Both the position numbers and the translations under genes were made by a program. Positions 27,008 through 30,132 of a stretch of DNA of 30,132 nt are shown here, piece by piece; the first letter of the stretch is position 1; every line of letters begins with the position of its first letter. The stretch is from positions 1-30,132 of IMG/VR virus record IMGVR_UViG_3300037482_000011, one strand, 5' to 3'. A model generated the notes under the pieces. That model was not told the DNA's origin. It saw only the letters and a program-made list of their open reading frames with translations, and made no database searches. This DNA is from a virus (lineage: Duplodnaviria; Caudoviricetes).

Positions 27008-27046
27008 TCGCTAAGAGTATGTGCGGATGCTCGGTGTAAATTCCGA
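27008..27046 (-). promoter_or_regulatory. Leftward copy of a bipartite promoter-like element (TCGGAATTT-N10-TCCGCACATACTCTTAGCGA)
   Basis: Exact inverted match to 27320-27358. Ends 6 nt before the HNH ATG. Confidence 0.7.
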
Positions 27047-27319
27047 AAACGCCGGTTTCAGTTACCGAATGAGTGCATAAGTTGTGCCATTTGTCGTCGT
27101 CGTCCGGCCGTAACTGGCGTTACCGTCTCAGGTTAGTACTTATTGATATGAAGTTAGTTAGTTAGTTCAGTTCTAACACATCATAAAAGGAAGTTGGCAA
27201 ATGACCATGTATGGAGAAGCGGGCGGGGCAGACTAATAACTAATTACCGACTCTAACGGTCACACCTCCTGTACCGTTTGTAACGGAAGACTATCTAATT
27301 CGTAGATAGTTGACCCTTC

Positions 27320-27358
27320 TCGGAATTTGTCCCAATTTTCCGCACATACTCTTAGCGA
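27320..27358 (+). promoter_or_regulatory. Rightward copy of the bipartite promoter-like element
   Basis: TCGGAATTT-N10-TCCGCACATACTCTTAGCGA, followed by an AAGGA RBS and GTG 27375. Confidence 0.7.
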
Positions 27359-27374
27359 CGGAAAGGACGCAATC

Positions 27375-28298
27375 GTGGAACACGACATTCAACTGATCCC
27401 GATTGGTGAGGTTCACGAACCGTTCATAGTTCTCCGACCAGTCATTCGAGACACAGGCCACTACTTAGACCTCGAATCGAACATCAGAGAGAACGGCCTA
27501 TTTGATTCAATCTGTGTCAGACCTGACCCAAGAAGGGCCGGGTACGAAGTCGTAGACGGGCTTCACAGACTCGACATTTGTAATGGTCTTGGCTACGAGA
27601 AGATTCCGGCAATCATCAAACATGGGATGAGTGATACGGAGTTGATGGCAGCGCAGATTGCTGCTAACGAAGCTCGGATACCATCAACACGTATTGAGTT
27701 CGCAAGACATCTGAGACGCCTGGAAGAGGAAATCCCAGACGCAACGCTAAACGATCTTGCCTACATGGTAGGTCGCTCACTGACATGGGTTAAAGACCAA
27801 CTCGAACTTCTTTGGATCAAACCGGAGTATCTCAAGTACGTCGATCGCGGAGACATGCCGGCAGGGAACGCATACCTGTTTGCCAAGATTCCTAGATCAT
27901 TACAAGAAGAACATCTTGACAAGGCATTAACGTGGCCCAAGCGAGACTTCCAACCGTTAGTTGCACAAATCGTTAAGAAGACGTTCGAGGAGTGGAGGCA
28001 AGGAAAGCTTGAGAAGCTTTACATTGAAGAATTCGTTCCACATCCTTATCTTCGCTCGCTCAAACAGGTGACGAATGAGATTCAGTCAGGTAAGAATGCC
28101 GTCATACTCCTTTCTAAGAGCAACGCAAAGACATCCTACGACGGTTGGATGGCGTGCCTTGAATGGATAACAAACATGGATGAGGCCAGCAAGGCAAAAC
28201 GAATACGAGATATGCAAAAGAAACGACGAACACATGCACAAGAAAGGATCGACGCCGATGCGCAAGAACTAGACCAATCTTCTGAGCACGACGCTTAG
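27375..28298 (+). CDS. ParB/Srx N-terminal domain protein with HTH
   Basis: L..NIRENGLFDSICVR, YEVVDGLHRL, IPAII, QIAANE.R, and HTH-like LNDLAYMVGRSLTWV. GTG 27375 has an RBS and lies downstream of the promoter-like element. Confidence 0.85.
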   Translation: MEHDIQLIPIGEVHEPFIVLRPVIRDTGHYLDLESNIRENGLFDSICVRPDPRRAGYEVVDGLHRLDICNGLGYEKIPAIIKHGMSDTELMAAQIAANEARIPSTRIEFARHLRRLEEEIPDATLNDLAYMVGRSLTWVKDQLELLWIKPEYLKYVDRGDMPAGNAYLFAKIPRSLQEEHLDKALTWPKRDFQPLVAQIVKKTFEEWRQGKLEKLYIEEFVPHPYLRSLKQVTNEIQSGKNAVILLSKSNAKTSYDGWMACLEWITNMDEASKAKRIRDMQKKRRTHAQERIDADAQELDQSSEHDA

Positions 28299-28344
28299 CT
28301 CACCACTTCTTTTCTTTCTTCTTTTCTTTCATTGAGGTAACTCT

Positions 28345-29088
28345 GTGTCTAGCAATGCGCTCATTCCTCTCGATTTGAACCAACTCCCCTCCACGCAAGT
28401 CGGGACCGACGACATGTTCGCCGATCTCGCAAAGAGTCAACAGTTTCTTGGACGCCTACAACTCTACACCAAGGGCGCTGCCGTCAATAAGCGGCTCGTG
28501 GCCCCTGGCGAGTACGGCATCCCTGAGAGCGGTGACGAAATAACCCGGCTCGGAGATTCTGTTGACGTGATTGTTCTCGCCCGACGTCCGAAAGCTCTTG
28601 ATATGGGCGACAAGGACGCGATCATCAGCAACTACGATCCGGAGACGGATCAGTTCAAGGATATTGCCAACCGTTCTGGTAAACCGAATTCCGGGTGCAT
28701 GTATGGGCCGAGTTTCCTGGTCTTTGAACGCACAACGGGTCGGTTCTTGGAGTTCTTTTGCGGAACCAAGTCTTCGCGATCGGAGGCGGGGAAAATCTAC
28801 CCGTTCCTCCCACTATCGAAGACGGACATCGAGCGCAAGGCTGCGGCAGGCGTTGATGTCTCCAAGATGGAAGAGCATGGTCCTCTAGCGATGACCATGA
28901 AGTCTCGTTTGGCAGAAGCCAAGGACTTCTCGTGGCATGTCCCGGTGATCCTTCCGTGTTCGACACCGTTCAACAAACTTCCTAAGCCGGAAGTCGTTAT
29001 CGCAGAAATCACCAAGTTTCTGAAAGTCAAGGCTGAGGGCGGCGAGAAGGTGGACGAGTCGACCGTCAAACAACGGCGTGCCCGCTAA
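28345..29088 (+). CDS. Conserved-looking phage replication-module protein (possible ssDNA-binding protein)
   Basis: GTG with GAGG RBS, strong codon bias and a downstream terminator. The SSB role is inferred from context only. Confidence 0.55.
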   Translation: MSSNALIPLDLNQLPSTQVGTDDMFADLAKSQQFLGRLQLYTKGAAVNKRLVAPGEYGIPESGDEITRLGDSVDVIVLARRPKALDMGDKDAIISNYDPETDQFKDIANRSGKPNSGCMYGPSFLVFERTTGRFLEFFCGTKSSRSEAGKIYPFLPLSKTDIERKAAAGVDVSKMEEHGPLAMTMKSRLAEAKDFSWHVPVILPCSTPFNKLPKPEVVIAEITKFLKVKAEGGEKVDESTVKQRRAR

Positions 29089-29118
29089 GTAAGTGCGTCG
29101 GTAAGTAAGTGTGCAAGT

Positions 29119-29153
29119 CCTACCGGGGCGTTATCGCCTCGGTAGGTTGTTTC
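29119..29153 (+). terminator. Intrinsic terminator
   Basis: 12-bp stem CCTACCGGGGCG/CGCCTCGGTAGG, TTAT loop, then TTGTTTCT. Confidence 0.75.
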
Positions 29154-29167
29154 TCCTGGTACTGCTA

Positions 29168-29686
29168 ATGAATGTAGATGCCCTGTTAATCACGAAACCC
29201 GCGATTGATTTCAAGAACTTACTTACGATCTCACATCAAGCGCTGGGATTCTCTCCGGCAGCGAAATCGGATTCTTCTCGACGTGACCTCTCCGATTCTG
29301 AGAGATACCTATCCTGCTTGGCCGCCATGAGTGACCCGGAAGCGCCGGTCGGCTTAGCTTCTCATCTTCTTACTCACATCTCCTTTTCTGTGCTCATAGC
29401 TGTTGAGCAGTTTGATCTTTTGGAAGTCATAAAGACCTGCGGCGGGATGCCGGTCGTACCTGTGGAATCACGTTTCAGGAATCTCTATTTGGCGGTACTT
29501 CACGGAAACCTTCAGCAGTGGAAAGACGCTGTGATTGCTGGTTGCCGTCTGTATAGCGAAGAGGTTCGTGAATTGTTCTGCAAGATCATGGGTCAGTTTG
29601 AGTCAAATGGAGTTAGCGTGTGGAATGACTTCAACAAGAGATACGACACTGACAACGCTACATTCTATCTCGAACATCGCAAATGA
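29168..29686 (+). CDS. Hypothetical protein with degenerate ThyX-like features (172 aa)
   Basis: Start re-called at ATG 29168, after the terminator. LTHISFSVLI and GNLQQW...EEVRELF..I resemble ThyX segments, but RHR is absent. Confidence 0.55.
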   Translation: MNVDALLITKPAIDFKNLLTISHQALGFSPAAKSDSSRRDLSDSERYLSCLAAMSDPEAPVGLASHLLTHISFSVLIAVEQFDLLEVIKTCGGMPVVPVESRFRNLYLAVLHGNLQQWKDAVIAGCRLYSEEVRELFCKIMGQFESNGVSVWNDFNKRYDTDNATFYLEHRK

Positions 29687-30132
29687 TTACTGATATCAAG
29701 CTGATTACTGAAACAAAGTCGGGAACGCTCGTGAAGGTTCCTGCAACTGTTGAGTACAAAGATGGGCGAATCTTCTTCCGTAAATCGCCGTTTGCTTTGA
29801 AAGATGAAATCAAAGCAATGCGAGGCAGTAAGTGGCACGGTTTCGACGAGAAGCCACTTAAGGTTTGGTCAATTGAAGACTGTCAACGAAACAGGTTTCA
29901 ACTCGAATACATGCAGGGCGAAAACCCATACGAATGGTTCGATCAAGAGTTAAAAGTACATGAGTATACACGCCCGTTGATGGTCCATCAGAAGTTCATG
30001 TCTGACTGTGGACTCACGTACCGCTTTCAAATTTGGGCAGCGGAAATGGGAGTGGGGAAAAGTTTGTCCGCAATCAGTGTAATGGAGATGTCTGGTGTCC
30101 AGGAGTGGGTTTGGGCCGGACCCAAGTCTGCC
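29683..30132 (+). CDS. SNF2/SF2-type helicase, N-terminal part (truncated by the window edge)
   Basis: Open from ATG 29683 (ATGA overlap) to the end: MITDIKL...FALKDEIKAMRGSKW...LMVHQ...AAEMGVGKS. Contains a Q motif and a SNF2-like Walker A. Missing from the ORF track because it has no stop. Confidence 0.8.
   Translation, partial: MITDIKLITETKSGTLVKVPATVEYKDGRIFFRKSPFALKDEIKAMRGSKWHGFDEKPLKVWSIEDCQRNRFQLEYMQGENPYEWFDQELKVHEYTRPLMVHQKFMSDCGLTYRFQIWAAEMGVGKSLSAISVMEMSGVQEWVWAGPKSA

Noticed and set aside
1-30132. Host assignment and lifestyle (temperate or lytic)
   Set aside because: No integrase, repressor, att site or host flank is visible, so the window alone cannot support a call.

Overview
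This window is an internal 30 kb segment of a tailed dsDNA phage or prophage genome with siphovirus-like organisation. No host housekeeping genes, rRNA, tRNA or CRISPR array are visible. Positions 1-21083 (+) form the virion morphogenesis module: two small paralogous proteins, a collagen-like fibre with repeated carbohydrate-binding-like modules, a DnaT-like head-tail adaptor, scaffold, P22-coat-like major capsid protein, holin-like protein, head closure and tail terminator proteins, two tandem paralogous tail-tube genes, a tail chaperone with a probable -1 frameshift, tape measure protein, tail-tip genes with an antisense HNH endonuclease among them, and a ClpP-type protease. Positions 21098-27001 (-) carry an HNH endonuclease, an AEP primase/SF3 helicase, a dNMP kinase, a DEDDh exonuclease and two Cys-rich unknowns. 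Positions 27375-30132 (+) carry a ParB-like gene, a possible SSB, a degenerate ThyX-like gene and a truncated SNF2-type helicase. Main observations: (i) scaffold and capsid protein share an N-terminal FVVC[FY]D leader motif that suggests a common maturation signal; (ii) the two tail-tube paralogues share a 209-bp perfect repeat but carry different inserted surface domains; (iii) a bipartite 9+20-bp inverted repeat brackets the divergent early control region; (iv) the ThyX-like protein lacks the RHR catalytic motif. All product calls come from motif recognition and gene order, not from database searches.
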